Positions 19,209 to 30,148 are shown, numbered from the stretch's first letter. The stretch is DNA of 64,000 nt from Candidatus Aenigmatarchaeota archaeon (GCA_046539325.1 JBKHHD010000004.1:1-64000), one strand, 5' to 3'. Notes: generated by a model not told the origin, from the sequence alone. Made by a program: numbers and translations.

Positions 19209-20189
19209 CTATCTTCTTCTTAATACAAAAACTTCCCTGGCCAGGTCGCCATGAACCTTTTCCCTGAACTTCCTTGTTATCTCAAAGAAGTTTTCACTAT
19301 CTTCTAAAATTTTCTCAAACTCCAATCTTTCAGGAGCTCCTATAACGCATCTTTTACCCTGTTTGAGAACTTTTTCTATTTCAGGGATAGCTTCCATATA
19401 GAGCTTTCTTACCTTCTCGCCGCCTACCTTTGCTGATCTCCCGTAAGGTGGGTCTGTGACAACTGCGTCGAACTTTCTATCCCATCTTCCCTCCAGTTCC
19501 TGGACCTTGCATCTTTTCATCTCGCCTCCAAGGCCGTAATAGTCCAGGTTTATCTCGCTTCCAGAAACCATCTCGCCTTCTGAGTCGGAGCCGTAGACCT
19601 TGCAACCTGCGAGAGCTCCCTCTACCAGAATTCCACCTGTCCCACAAAAGGGATCCAGCAGGCTTTCACCCTTCTCAACTCCGGACAGGTTTACCCAACA
19701 CCTTGCTTCTCGTGGTTGAAGTGAAACAGGCCTTGAAAAGGGCTTAAGGGCAGGTTTTCTCTTGGTAAACTCCGCTGGCTCAAACCTGTGCAGAAGTTTT
19801 CCTGTATATATCCTTGTTCCTCTCATAAGGAAGTAGAAGGTTGTGTCAGGTTCGTCAAGATCAACTGTGTCAATGCTCGGATTTAGCTCCTCGAGGATTT
19901 CTTCTTTCTTCCCTTTGAAGTCAGCTTCGAAGTCCAGATTCTTGAATCGCGCCGCGAACTTTCCCTGGATGTGCTCGGAAGGATTAAATGGCAAGGTTTC
20001 GTTCATGTGAAAGCTACCCAAGAACTCAAGGACTAGATGCGAGAAGCCAAGCCCATCAAGCCTGTTTACATCTTCAGTTTTCCCGACTACTATTCTTCCA
20101 TCCCTTTGTCTTATATCAACACCAAGGGCACGCAGTTCTTCGTAGGGCATTTCTTCATGGAAGCCGCCTGTAAGAACTAGAATCTTCAT
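19209..20189 (-). CDS. trmG10: tRNA m2G10 methyltransferase (THUMP + Rossmann; Trm11/TrmG10)
   Basis: DLDEPD, LDPFCGTGGI, VTDPPYG. Confidence 0.85.
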   Translation of the reverse strand: MKILVLTGGFHEEMPYEELRALGVDIRQRDGRIVVGKTEDVNRLDGLGFSHLVLEFLGSFHMNETLPFNPSEHIQGKFAARFKNLDFEADFKGKKEEILEELNPSIDTVDLDEPDTTFYFLMRGTRIYTGKLLHRFEPAEFTKRKPALKPFSRPVSLQPREARCWVNLSGVEKGESLLDPFCGTGGILVEGALAGCKVYGSDSEGEMVSGSEINLDYYGLGGEMKRCKVQELEGRWDRKFDAVVTDPPYGRSAKVGGEKVRKLYMEAIPEIEKVLKQGKRCVIGAPERLEFEKILEDSENFFEITRKFREKVHGDLAREVFVLRRR

Positions 20190-20195
20190 GCTACC

Positions 20196-21875
20196 CTACA
20201 TCTCTTCTAGCTTCGGAATATTGAGAAGGTCCAATCCATTTCCTAGAACCTGTCTGAAGGCCTTGACTATTTCTATCCTTCTCGCCTCGTGCTCCGAGTC
20301 CTTTACCCTACATTCGTGGTAGAACTCGTTGAAAAGCTCGCAGAGCTCGTTGAGGTAGACCGCAATCCTATGGGGCTCGTACTTGTCCGCAGCCTGGAAA
20401 ACAGGCTCGTGGAACCTTCCAAGCTTCTTCACCAGCTTGAACTCAACCTCCTCCATGTCATTGAAGTCTGCTTTCCGGGTTTCATCTACTTCGTCGAGAA
20501 TTCCACAGGCCCTGCTGTAGGAGTACTGGAGATAAGGTCCGGAAGAGCCTTCGAAGTTCAATGCTTCTTCCCAGGAGAACTTTATGCTTGTCGTCCTCCT
20601 CTTCGAGAGGTCGAAGTACTTGAGGGCGCCGACACCAACCCTTTCGGCCACATTCTCCTTGTTTTCCAGACTTGGATTCTTTTCCGCGATAGCTTCCATT
20701 GCCTTTTCCTTAGCTTTGTCTAAAACGTCCTCTAGAAGTATAACGTTACCAGTGCGCGTGGATAAGCTGCCTTCAGGGAGAGACATCATCCCAAACTTTA
20801 CGTGGACGAGTTCATTCTTGTTCGCGTATCCCATTTTATCTGCTGCCTCAAAGGCTTTCTTGAAATGTCTCTCCTGTGGTTGACCCACGACGTAAAGTGC
20901 TTTGTCAAAGCCATATTCCTCCTTTCGGTACTTTATCTGTGCAAGCTCCCTGGTGCTGTATAGAGTCCCACCGTCACTCCTCTGTATCAAATAAGGCGTA
21001 TCATCGTCGTCGCTTTCTATTATTATGGAGCCGTCTTCGTCCTTCTTTGCAACACCTTTATCCAACGCCTCCTGTATAACGTCTCTGGTCTTATTCCTGT
21101 AGAACCTTTCGCCCTTCCACGAATCAAAGGTTATGTTCAAACGCGAATAGGTCTTCTTCAGACCTTTCTTCGTGTGTTTAGTAAACTTTTCCCATAGCCT
21201 TTCCGCCTCTTCATCACCTCCCTCCAGCCTCTTACTCCACTGTCTTGCTTCCTCTTCAAGTTCTTCATGTTTTTCAGCAACCTTATGGAACTTCACGTAT
21301 AGGTCAAGAAGATAACCAACAGGATCCTCCTCAAGTTTTTCCTCATCTCCCCATTCTTTGTACGCGTGTATCAGCTTTCCAAACTGTGTTCCCATATCGC
21401 CAAGGTGGTTTATACCCACACAGTCGTAGCCAGCAAACTCCAGTATCCTTGAAATGGAGTCGCCTATTATAGTAGAACGTAAATGACCTATATGCATCGG
21501 CTTGCCGACGTTTGGAGAGGAGTAGTCAAGTACGACCGTTTTATCTTTTCCAAAATCATAGCTTCCGTAACTGTCACCTTCCTTGCTTATTTTTTCCAGA
21601 AGCTTTTCCGTGTAGTTAGCCCTGTCGAGAAAGAAGTTTATGAAGCCCTGTCCCGCAGCCTCAATCTCCCCCACCTCTTCCGGTTTTTTCTTGTTCAGTT
21701 TATCTACGGTTTCTTCTGCGAGCTTGTAAGGCTCTCTACCTTCCTGGTTGGTTTGTCTGAGACAGGCGTTGGTTGCGTAGTCACCGTGCTCCATGCTGTC
21801 AGGAACTTCAACCCTTACTTCGACGTCCAGAAGTGACTCTAACTCTTCTTTTATCCTTTCTTCGAGCTCTCTCAT
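20196..21875 (-). CDS. argS: Arginine--tRNA ligase
   Basis: DYSSPN..HIGHLRS, GDMGTQFG, STRTG, GPYLQYSYSR. Confidence 0.97.
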   Translation of the reverse strand: MRELEERIKEELESLLDVEVRVEVPDSMEHGDYATNACLRQTNQEGREPYKLAEETVDKLNKKKPEEVGEIEAAGQGFINFFLDRANYTEKLLEKISKEGDSYGSYDFGKDKTVVLDYSSPNVGKPMHIGHLRSTIIGDSISRILEFAGYDCVGINHLGDMGTQFGKLIHAYKEWGDEEKLEEDPVGYLLDLYVKFHKVAEKHEELEEEARQWSKRLEGGDEEAERLWEKFTKHTKKGLKKTYSRLNITFDSWKGERFYRNKTRDVIQEALDKGVAKKDEDGSIIIESDDDDTPYLIQRSDGGTLYSTRELAQIKYRKEEYGFDKALYVVGQPQERHFKKAFEAADKMGYANKNELVHVKFGMMSLPEGSLSTRTGNVILLEDVLDKAKEKAMEAIAEKNPSLENKENVAERVGVGALKYFDLSKRRTTSIKFSWEEALNFEGSSGPYLQYSYSRACGILDEVDETRKADFNDMEEVEFKLVKKLGRFHEPVFQAADKYEPHRIAVYLNELCELFNEFYHECRVKDSEHEARRIEIVKAFRQVLGNGLDLLNIPKLEEM

Positions 21876-21880
21876 GTTAC

Positions 21881-23275
21881 CTATGCCAGGTCCTTGTCAA
21901 AGTACTCAGCCATCTTCTTCCTAAGACCTTCCTTTTCCCTGAAGATGTGCACGGAATGGTCTCCTGTCGCTATCGTTAAGCCTTCGCTGACCTTCTCGGC
22001 CAGATGCCTTGGAACTCCTTCTTCCTGGAGCGTGTTCGCATCGTCATGTAGTAGATCCTTTACAAAATCCAAGGCTGTGGTCCATTCTCTGAAGTACTCC
22101 GCGTACCACTGTTCATCCTTGACGAGGAGGTTGTGCTCACCGCCGTATTTCTCTATGAACTTCTTTGAGTTCCTTTTGTCAAATATGGGCGGACCTTCTC
22201 TTTTATCAATTCTGGGAAGTTCGTCGACCTCCAGCTCAAGTATCAGTACGCAGGTTTCGTTGTCGCTCCACACGTCCTTCCTCAAAACCTCGAAGCCTTC
22301 GTCGTCGAGTATCTCCTCAATTCTTCTGTTCATCTTTTGCATCTGCGGGTAAAGAACGTCGTCGTGTATGTCCGGCGCTTCGAACTTTATCAGCATGAAG
22401 TCCGTTCCTCTTCTGTCTATCTCTTGCTGAAGCTCGCGCAAGGAAAGTGCCTCATATTTTTTTCCGAAGAACTTGTCGATGCTCGGATCCTCGACGAACT
22501 CCTTCACCTTCTTCTTGAAAAGGAAGAAGTTTTCATACGATAAAACAGAAGCAACGTTCCTGTCCTTGTCCACGGGGTCCACGACTATAAGTACGTCTCC
22601 TTCGAACTTATCCCGCTTGAGGTAGTCTTCGGACTTGAAGTGGCTTTCAGGATCTATAACCTTGCCTGGATACCAGTCCTTTACCTCCTTCAGTACTTCG
22701 TCGAAGCTTCCGTACTCCGCGATAAGAATCTCACATAGGTAGCCGGAGAATCCCTTCGTTTTGAGGTCGCTTCCATAAAGGCCATGCTCCTTCGTGAACT
22801 TTTTCAGAAGTCTTACATGATCCCTTTGTTCCTCGTCCAGGTTTTCCTCGACCCATTTCACATGCCAAGGGGTCCTATCTACGCTGCTCTTTATATCATC
22901 TGGATCAGTGTCATAAGCCGGCACTATATCAACTTCGTGGCCGTCGACCTCGCCCTGAACGTACGGATGCTCGGCGTAGCCGACGCGCCATTCGCCACCT
23001 AACTCTTCAATTATTCTTTTACCAGCTTTCATGCCTTTCTCTTCTAATTCCTCCATATCCAACTCTTCATCAAACAGTAGAAACATGTCTATATCCTTCT
23101 TACTTCTCAGCCAGGTATCCTTCGCTATGGACCCACAGAACAGCGGCTCGTACTCGTACTCTTCAGCATACTGCCTTGCAAATTCCCTCAGATTCTCACA
23201 GGTTTCTTTAAGGTCTTTAGTCTCGTCAAGCTCAGGCTTTATTTCGTCCAGTATATTTTCAAGCAGTTCTTGCAT
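21881..23275 (-). CDS. cca: CCA-adding enzyme (archaeal class I)
   Basis: GSIAKDTWL...DIDMF, YAEHPY, VDRTPWH, GFSGYLCE, DPVDKDRNVA. Confidence 0.95.
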   Translation of the reverse strand: MQELLENILDEIKPELDETKDLKETCENLREFARQYAEEYEYEPLFCGSIAKDTWLRSKKDIDMFLLFDEELDMEELEEKGMKAGKRIIEELGGEWRVGYAEHPYVQGEVDGHEVDIVPAYDTDPDDIKSSVDRTPWHVKWVEENLDEEQRDHVRLLKKFTKEHGLYGSDLKTKGFSGYLCEILIAEYGSFDEVLKEVKDWYPGKVIDPESHFKSEDYLKRDKFEGDVLIVVDPVDKDRNVASVLSYENFFLFKKKVKEFVEDPSIDKFFGKKYEALSLRELQQEIDRRGTDFMLIKFEAPDIHDDVLYPQMQKMNRRIEEILDDEGFEVLRKDVWSDNETCVLILELEVDELPRIDKREGPPIFDKRNSKKFIEKYGGEHNLLVKDEQWYAEYFREWTTALDFVKDLLHDDANTLQEEGVPRHLAEKVSEGLTIATGDHSVHIFREKEGLRKKMAEYFDKDLA

Positions 23276-23366
23276 GATACCACAGATTATTTCTTTTGAT
23301 TCAATAAAAAGTTTTATATGCACTTTTTCGGTCCAATTTATTTAATACAGACGCTACCTCCCATTT

Positions 23367-24113
23367 ATGGGCTTTAGAAGTGTTGAATGGGAAACTATAA
23401 ATGTTTTGAGAACTATTGCTGTACGGATGAGACCAGAAGAACTTCAGTTCATTGAACTGGGTGATTCACTTCTTCAGAAGTCGGACTATTATAGAGGCTG
23501 GGGTGACGAGTACGAAAGCAATGTACCGAAGATAGAGCATTTCCAGGAGGAATCACAAAAATACATAAAAAAGCTTGATGAAAGGCTTTCGAAGCCTCCT
23601 TGGTTTGTTGATTCAAAATCCATCAGAGAGGATATAGCTAAGGAGCTTGTGGTGAAATCTGAATACAAGGATGCTTGGGAAACATACAGTCGTACAAAAC
23701 GCTTCAACTTCCCGAAGTTCCTCAAAGATGTTCTTCCGTATATGAATACTGATTGTGTCAAACGCCTCAAGCACGGTAAGTATCTCCGGAACATGGTGGA
23801 CGGTATTATTGATAAATATGATACCAGGGTTTTGGAAATTGCTGGTGGAAGAGGTCCAAGTTACGCCGTCTTGAATCCTGATAAAACCGAAGAATTCTAT
23901 ACCGAGTCAATCTTAAAGGATCTGAGCAAGGAGTTAGATGGAGAGGAATTGATAGATCTAACGAAGGACGAGGAGTTGATCAATGACGCGTTAGGCGAGC
24001 TTAAAGAAGATGAGTTGAAGGAAAAGGAGAGGATAGTCGCCCAGAAAAATGCATATTCTATGCCTACAAGGCCTTCTGAACATAAAAGACCGTTTCAGGA
24101 TTTTGAGATATAG
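23367..24113 (+). CDS. Hypothetical protein
   Basis: 248-aa ORF with upstream TATA; no family recognised. Confidence 0.6.
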   Translation: MGFRSVEWETINVLRTIAVRMRPEELQFIELGDSLLQKSDYYRGWGDEYESNVPKIEHFQEESQKYIKKLDERLSKPPWFVDSKSIREDIAKELVVKSEYKDAWETYSRTKRFNFPKFLKDVLPYMNTDCVKRLKHGKYLRNMVDGIIDKYDTRVLEIAGGRGPSYAVLNPDKTEEFYTESILKDLSKELDGEELIDLTKDEELINDALGELKEDELKEKERIVAQKNAYSMPTRPSEHKRPFQDFEI

Positions 24114-24341
24114 TTCTTTTTACGACATTTGACGAAAACTAACGAAAGTTTTATATAGCCATTGGAAGAATAGCTATACTGTATTAAATATAATCCACAA
24201 TAGAAAAATTTTTATATAAACCCCGAATCACTCCTTGTCAGTAAAAACATCAACCCTAACTTTTATATGTCAGTAATACAAAGTTATAGTTGATTACTAC
24301 CGAATAGTGAAAACGAATAAAATATAACAAAACTTGATAAC

Positions 24342-25301
24342 ATGTCAAACCGTGAAAAGACCGCGAAAACACAGAAGATCTGCCCAGAATGCGGGTCTAC
24401 AAACTTCGAGGAAAACGAATCAAGAGGAGAGCTAACCTGTTCTGAATGTGGTGAGGTTATAGAGGAATCGATGATCGATATGACGCAGGAATGGCGCGCA
24501 TTCGACCAGGAGCAGAGATCTAATAGAGCGAGGACTGGTGCTCCGCTAACTCCGACAAAGCACGATAAAGGTGTAACTACGAAGATAGGTAAGGGTCCTG
24601 GCGAGCTGTTCAAGGTAAATCCAAGCCAGAGGGCACAGTATTCCAGGTTGAAGAAATGGCAGTCCAGAATCGTAGAATCCAAGAACAGGAATCTTTCGTT
24701 CGCTCTTTCCGAACTCAAGAGATTGGTTTCATATCTGGGGCTTCCTAACTCGGTTCACAAGGAGGTCGCAATACTGTACGAGAAAGCTGTCGACAAAGGC
24801 CTTGTAAGAGGCCGTTCCATGGAAGCTGTGGTTGCAGCTTTAATTTACGCCGTAGCCAGGCAGCACAAGACGCCAAGGACCTTGGATGAAATAACAGAGG
24901 CTTCGGGTGTGGATAGAAGGGAAATCGGTAGAACTTACAGATACGTATGCAGGGAACTCGGTATAAGAATACTGCCTTCACAGCCCGAGGACTACATACC
25001 GAGGTTCTCGACGATGCTAGGGCTTTCTGATGAAGCGCAGGCTAAGGCGTTGGACATACTTGAAAAGGCGAAGAGTCACGAGATAACTTCCGGTAAGGGC
25101 CCAGTGGGGGTGGCTGCGGCAGCTCTCTATATAGCCGCCGTTCTTACCGGCCAGAAGAAGACTCAGAGAGAGGTTGCGGATGTTGTTGACGCTACAGAAG
25201 TGACGATACGTAACAGGTACAAGGAAATTGTCGAAACGTTGGGGATAGAAGACGAAGTAGAGAAGAAGGTAAAGGAAGACGACAACGGCGAGGAAGATTA
25301 A
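24342..25301 (+). CDS. tfb: Transcription initiation factor IIB
   Basis: CPECG...CSECG Zn ribbon, EWRAF B-reader, two cyclin repeats, GKGP, TEVTIRNRYKE. Confidence 0.97.
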   Translation: MSNREKTAKTQKICPECGSTNFEENESRGELTCSECGEVIEESMIDMTQEWRAFDQEQRSNRARTGAPLTPTKHDKGVTTKIGKGPGELFKVNPSQRAQYSRLKKWQSRIVESKNRNLSFALSELKRLVSYLGLPNSVHKEVAILYEKAVDKGLVRGRSMEAVVAALIYAVARQHKTPRTLDEITEASGVDRREIGRTYRYVCRELGIRILPSQPEDYIPRFSTMLGLSDEAQAKALDILEKAKSHEITSGKGPVGVAAAALYIAAVLTGQKKTQREVADVVDATEVTIRNRYKEIVETLGIEDEVEKKVKEDDNGEED

Positions 25302-25316
25302 AACCTGAAACAAAAA

Positions 25317-25535
25317 ATGGGGGTGTCCGAATTGAAAGACTTAAAGGAAACTGTCAAGGTCAAGAAGCCAACTGTGATTAGGGAAGGGGATACTGTAAAG
25401 GAGTGCTTCATGTACAAAGGGATGAAGGAGTGCTTTGAAGACAGGTGTTTTTGGAAGAAGAACGGTGAGTGTCCCATATCCAAGGCTCTGGACGAGGAAC
25501 CTGAAGAAGACGAAGAAAAGGTTGAAGCGTGGTAG
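25317..25535 (+). CDS. Small Cys-containing hypothetical protein
   Basis: Four Cys (CF...CFEDRC...CPI), acidic tail, 15 bp after tfb. Confidence 0.55.
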   Translation: MGVSELKDLKETVKVKKPTVIREGDTVKECFMYKGMKECFEDRCFWKKNGECPISKALDEEPEEDEEKVEAW

Positions 25536-26603
25536 TTAATCCATACAATCAACTACTTCCTCGAAAGGAGCTTTGGTTTTTACTGCTGTTGGTGAATACA
25601 CTGATTTTCTTGTTTTGTACCCCCTTTCTTCTAACCTTCTCATAAGTTCTTCCGTTTTTATTATAGGAAGACTCTGTTTCTTGGCTATGTAGTGCAGATC
25701 GTAATGGTAAGGCATATCCATATCTTTTGAAAGTTCCTGCACCTTCCTCCTTTCCTTGTAGAATCCTCTTTCCTTGCACTCCCGGGCAACTTCCTTACAG
25801 AAGCTTTGGGTGTTAAACTTGGGCGCGTATACGTTCGTTCTCTCAGTTCTCCTTCCGCATACTTTACATTTTTCATGGAAACCACGGCTTCTCCAGCCGC
25901 AGCTAAAGCAGTGTGAAATATAGTCAAAGTTCTTGAAGTTTTCCTTTACTTCCTTGGCGCCCTTGGCCACCTCACCAAATATTCTCGCGTAATGCTCCTT
26001 GAAGTAGCAGAGTCTTGGATAAAAGGTCTTTTTGTATCTGCCCAAACTTTCGATGATAGCTGAAACCAGAATTCTGAGTCCAAGTTCCTTGTTGTAACCT
26101 GTTTTCATACTTTTCCTTGTGTATCTTCGTTTCGATACCCTGGGGTAAGTACCGAAAAAGGAGGACGTATCGGTGGCGGATACCGCCAAGATTCCACCTC
26201 TTCTTATAGAGCCGGCAGCTGCATCAAGAAACTCTGCAGGTGAGCCAAAGGGATCTATGTCTATAAAGTTGAAGTCCTCTTTCCTTAGAAGCACAGCTGC
26301 GTCCTTGTTCCTTACCTCCACATCCACTTGATTTCTCCTTACGTTCTCCTTTATCAGATCCACGGCCTTCGGGTTTGCGTCGTTGAGCCATACTTCAGGA
26401 ACCTCTGCTTCCTCTTTGTACCTTATACCCCGGATACCGGAGGCAGAGAGAGCATCACAGGCCCTTTCAGGCTCTATCACAGAGGCTACAGCCACGGACA
26501 GATTCCGGTCGTACTCCATTTTCGGGTTGTAGAAAACTTCCTTGTCGTAGGACTTTCCCTCGTGGACCTCTATATCGACTTCTCCTTCCGTAATGGTTTT
26601 CAT
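25536..26603 (-). CDS. trm1: tRNA (guanine(26)-N2)-dimethyltransferase
   Basis: VFYNPKM..DR, SASGIRGIRY, IDIDPFGSP, SATD, ELGLRIL. Confidence 0.95.
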   Translation of the reverse strand: MKTITEGEVDIEVHEGKSYDKEVFYNPKMEYDRNLSVAVASVIEPERACDALSASGIRGIRYKEEAEVPEVWLNDANPKAVDLIKENVRRNQVDVEVRNKDAAVLLRKEDFNFIDIDPFGSPAEFLDAAAGSIRRGGILAVSATDTSSFFGTYPRVSKRRYTRKSMKTGYNKELGLRILVSAIIESLGRYKKTFYPRLCYFKEHYARIFGEVAKGAKEVKENFKNFDYISHCFSCGWRSRGFHEKCKVCGRRTERTNVYAPKFNTQSFCKEVARECKERGFYKERRKVQELSKDMDMPYHYDLHYIAKKQSLPIIKTEELMRRLEERGYKTRKSVYSPTAVKTKAPFEEVVDCMD

Positions 26604-26688
26604 ATCTAGAACCTCTTTTATTCTAGGTTTTAATTATTTGATTGTGTATGAGAGAACAAGATGCTATTTTGAAAGCAGAATACTATTA

Positions 26689-27219
26689 TCAACAGTTCTT
26701 GCAAGCGATGAGAGATCCTTTTGGAAAGTAACCTCGGTTCTCCACGCTGTATCCGTTTGATGATAATAGTTCACCTATTTCTTTAATCTTCTTATCGTTA
26801 TTCTGATGATTACACATTTCAAGTGCAAAAAAGCCTGGCCTGAGGGTTTCGGATACATGCCTGGCAAGTTCTTCTCCACTATCACTCTTCCCATTCAATC
26901 CATAATACTTCTGATATGTTTCAGGAACTACGTCAAACAGATATCTATTACTGGGTACCAGTTCGGGGTCTATTGCCTTGATTTCTATATTGTCTTTGTC
27001 CTCAACCTCCATCTTTTTTGAAATCTCCTTTGCGTAGTTTGGATTGCTGCCTGTACCTATCACAGCTACCTCATACATCCCGAGTGAATCAAACTCCTTA
27101 TCAATGTAATCATACAGTCCTCTTTTCAAAGGATGGTTGGGATTGTAGGAACTGTGATTGTTTTCTCCGCACATCTTTACTGAAAGTATAGCATCGGGTT
27201 TATTTGGCAATTTCAACAC
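26689..27219 (-). CDS. Hypothetical protein (possible degenerate SAM-binding fold)
   Basis: VAVIGTGS...AIDP pattern. Confidence 0.45.
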   Translation of the reverse strand: MLKLPNKPDAILSVKMCGENNHSSYNPNHPLKRGLYDYIDKEFDSLGMYEVAVIGTGSNPNYAKEISKKMEVEDKDNIEIKAIDPELVPSNRYLFDVVPETYQKYYGLNGKSDSGEELARHVSETLRPGFFALEMCNHQNNDKKIKEIGELLSSNGYSVENRGYFPKGSLIACKNC

Positions 27220-27279
27220 CTGTTGTTATTTATTGGTAACCAATACTTATAAAGTTTCCCAGAAAGCTGTAGAGAACGA

Positions 27280-27825
27280 TCATAGGTCCTTCTGCATTAT
27301 CACAGTGTCCTCATAACTACCTTGTACATATGCTCCGTCCCTGATTCTTCCTCTTTCCTCAAAACCCAGGCTTTTGTAGAAACTTATAGCTCTCTTATTG
27401 CTTTCAAACACTTCCATCTTTATTATTTCGATGCCAAGTCTCTCCTCTGCTTCGTTGAAGATGGCCTCTGCAAGCCTTGTACCTATTCCCATTTCTCTTA
27501 CATCCTTTTTCAGTCCTATTCCAAACTTGCCTACATGAGACTTGGCACCTACTCCACACTCTACAGAAGCTCCACCCATTACCTCTCCTTTGACCTCCAC
27601 GACAAGGTAAATCTTTTCACCGCTCTCGTTATTCTCCAAAACATCTGATAGCCATCCAATTTCCTCCTCTCTAGTTTTCTTCTCTTGGAAAAGAAGGTAT
27701 CCGCCTTCTTCGATCAAGGAGTTTATATATTCCAGAAGATCGTCCAGGTCCTTCATCTCAGGATACCTGATTTTCACTTCCTTGCCTTCGACTTCAAACT
27801 CGTCCACGGTATTTCCAACCAACAT
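27280..27825 (-). CDS. GNAT acetyltransferase
   Basis: REMGIGT, VFESNKRAISFYKSLGF. Confidence 0.9.
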   Translation of the reverse strand: MLVGNTVDEFEVEGKEVKIRYPEMKDLDDLLEYINSLIEEGGYLLFQEKKTREEEIGWLSDVLENNESGEKIYLVVEVKGEVMGGASVECGVGAKSHVGKFGIGLKKDVREMGIGTRLAEAIFNEAEERLGIEIIKMEVFESNKRAISFYKSLGFEERGRIRDGAYVQGSYEDTVIMQKDL

Positions 27826-27909
27826 TCTATCCAGTAAATCTTTCTTGGCTTAAGATATAAGTTTTTTCAGGGGCCTCGAAATAAAGAAAAACGGATCCGT
27901 TAACCTGAC

Positions 27910-28278
27910 TTACTCTGAAGAAGGTAATCTTTCTGAGAGGTTCTCCAGATCGGATTTTATGGACTTCATTTTTGGGACGAAATCTTCGATGTTATCTTCC
28001 CTTCTGCGCCATAACTCAACTTTGTCGGTTTTTTTATTGCGAGTTATTAAAGCACTTTTCTTATATTCACCTTCATTTACCTCTTCTTCGTAGTCTATTT
28101 TCTGATGGCTATGACCTTCAAAATATTTTATTTTACCTTCACCACAATCCACTGCATTTCCTTCACGGTTAGAGTAAAATGCATTCTTTTTGGCCAGAGA
28201 AAAAAGCTCTTCGTAAAAGGAATCGTCGAGCTTTTCTATTTCATTTGATTTTCCAACAAAGAGGTTTTTTTCTTCCAT
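27910..28278 (-). CDS. Hypothetical protein
   Basis: 122-aa acidic ORF. Confidence 0.5.
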   Translation of the reverse strand: MEEKNLFVGKSNEIEKLDDSFYEELFSLAKKNAFYSNREGNAVDCGEGKIKYFEGHSHQKIDYEEEVNEGEYKKSALITRNKKTDKVELWRRREDNIEDFVPKMKSIKSDLENLSERLPSSE

Positions 28279-28378
28279 AGCAAGTGATGATTATTCACAA
28301 AAATTTATATACGTTGAGAGAGCCCCGTAGGGTTACTTTTCACTGTGATTTCCTAGAGGAAGGTGTCCTTTCTAAACA

Positions 28379-29659
28379 TTATTCTTTGTCGATATACTTC
28401 TTGCCGTCCATGTACGGACGTAGTGCCTCCGGCACCTTAACAGTTCCGTCCTCCTGTTGGTTCTGCTCGATTATGGCTATTATAGTCCTGCTGGTCGCTA
28501 GTGCTGTGTTGTTAAGCGTATGCACGTACCCTTTAGGTGCTTTACCTTCACCTTCCCTGTACTTTATCCCCAGGTTCCTCGCCTGGTAGTCCAGACAGTT
28601 GGAGTTTGATCCAGTTTCATGGAACTGTCCATCGGCCATCCAGCACTCCACGTCGTAGAGCTTGCTGGCCTTGTCGTTCATATCGCCTGTGCAGGCCTTG
28701 ACTACTCTATGATGCAGTCCCAGTTTTTTGTAAAGCTCCTCTGCGTTTTCCTGCAGCTCTTTGAAGTAGTTCCAGGAGTCCTCGGGTTTGCAGAAGACGA
28801 ACTGCTCTACCTTGTTGAACTGGTGCACACGGTACAGACCGCGCGAGTACTTTCCGTGTCCCCCTCCTTCTCTGCGGAAACATGGGGAAACAGCGCATAG
28901 CTTCATAGGAAGATCATCCTCGAGAAACGTTTCGTCCTTGAACATACCGCCAACCGGATACTCGGAAGTAGGTATAAGCCACAGGTCCTTATCCTTCACC
29001 TTGTATGACTCCTCTCCTGTTCCGTCCGTGGCTCCTGATATGCCTTTGTATACCTCATCGTTGACCAGGTAAGGTGGTTCGACAACCCTGTAACCTTTCT
29101 CCTTGAGAAAGTCCAAGGCAAACCTTTGGAGTGCAAGGTCCAGCTCCACAAGTTCACCCTTCAGGAAGTAAAAGTCGGAACCTGCTACCTTTGAACCTCT
29201 TTCTACATCCAGCAAACCTTTGTTCTCAAGTATTTCAGTATGGGTCCTAGGCTCGAAGTTGAACTCGGGTTCCTCGCCCCACCGTCTTATCTCTACGTTA
29301 TCTTCCTCTCCTTCGCCTTCGGGAACCTCTTCATCCAGTATGTTTGGTATTTTTTTCAGAAGCTCGTCCCTCTCGTTCTTCAGTTCTTCAACCTCCTCCT
29401 CAAGCTCTTCTAGTTCCTCCTTAACTTCTTTCATTTCCTTTATCTCGTCCTCTGCGTCCTCACCCTCCTGCTTCAGCTCGGAGATCTTCTCTGTCATCTC
29501 GTTTCTCCTATGACGCAGGTCCTCCACTTCCTGCAGCTCCTCCCTCCACTCCTTGTCCTTTCCGAGAACTTCGTCCACTATCCCCGTGGATTCATCCCTT
29601 CTCCTCTGCGACTCCTTGACTTTCTCCGGTTCTTCTCGCACCAGCTCTATAGACAACAT
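28379..29659 (-). CDS. serS: Serine--tRNA ligase
   Basis: N-terminal coiled coil, LIPTSE, CFRREGG, RVHQFNKVE, HTLNNTA. Confidence 0.97.
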   Translation of the reverse strand: MLSIELVREEPEKVKESQRRRDESTGIVDEVLGKDKEWREELQEVEDLRHRRNEMTEKISELKQEGEDAEDEIKEMKEVKEELEELEEEVEELKNERDELLKKIPNILDEEVPEGEGEEDNVEIRRWGEEPEFNFEPRTHTEILENKGLLDVERGSKVAGSDFYFLKGELVELDLALQRFALDFLKEKGYRVVEPPYLVNDEVYKGISGATDGTGEESYKVKDKDLWLIPTSEYPVGGMFKDETFLEDDLPMKLCAVSPCFRREGGGHGKYSRGLYRVHQFNKVEQFVFCKPEDSWNYFKELQENAEELYKKLGLHHRVVKACTGDMNDKASKLYDVECWMADGQFHETGSNSNCLDYQARNLGIKYREGEGKAPKGYVHTLNNTALATSRTIIAIIEQNQQEDGTVKVPEALRPYMDGKKYIDKE

Positions 29660-29743
29660 GGATAAAAATTGGTGGTTGTGACTTTTAAAGATGGAGTCGC
29701 CAAAACGAATAAAAATATTTCTGAAGAAGGTTGGATTGATTGG

Positions 29744-30148
29744 ATGTCAAGTGAATTTTCCGGGATTAAAGAACCATTAGAAAACATCTTGGAAAAGCTG
29801 CAGGACGAAGACTTTATATCTGAGAAAAATTTGAAGCCAGCTGGCTTCCAGGATGAAGTCAGAGTAACAGTTGAAAACCTTGAAGTGTGGGCGGGGAACC
29901 ATCTTTTTGATAATTATCCAGAAGACTTTGATATCGATAAAGACAAGGGACGTGAAATTCGAGCGTACTTTCAGGAAGGTCTAATAAACAGAGACTATGA
30001 TTTTGTCGCCGAGCTCTATGAGGAGTTTCCCGATAAACTCGACGGTGAAAGGGAAGGATATGTTGATGATATAAACGAATACAGGGAAAGAAACGATCGT
30101 GAAGCCTTTCAAATATCTGGGGATGGTAAAGTTTTACGCGATGACTGA
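29744..30148 (+). CDS. Hypothetical protein
   Basis: Highly acidic ORF; start chosen at first ATG. Confidence 0.5.
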   Translation: MSSEFSGIKEPLENILEKLQDEDFISEKNLKPAGFQDEVRVTVENLEVWAGNHLFDNYPEDFDIDKDKGREIRAYFQEGLINRDYDFVAELYEEFPDKLDGEREGYVDDINEYRERNDREAFQISGDGKVLRDD

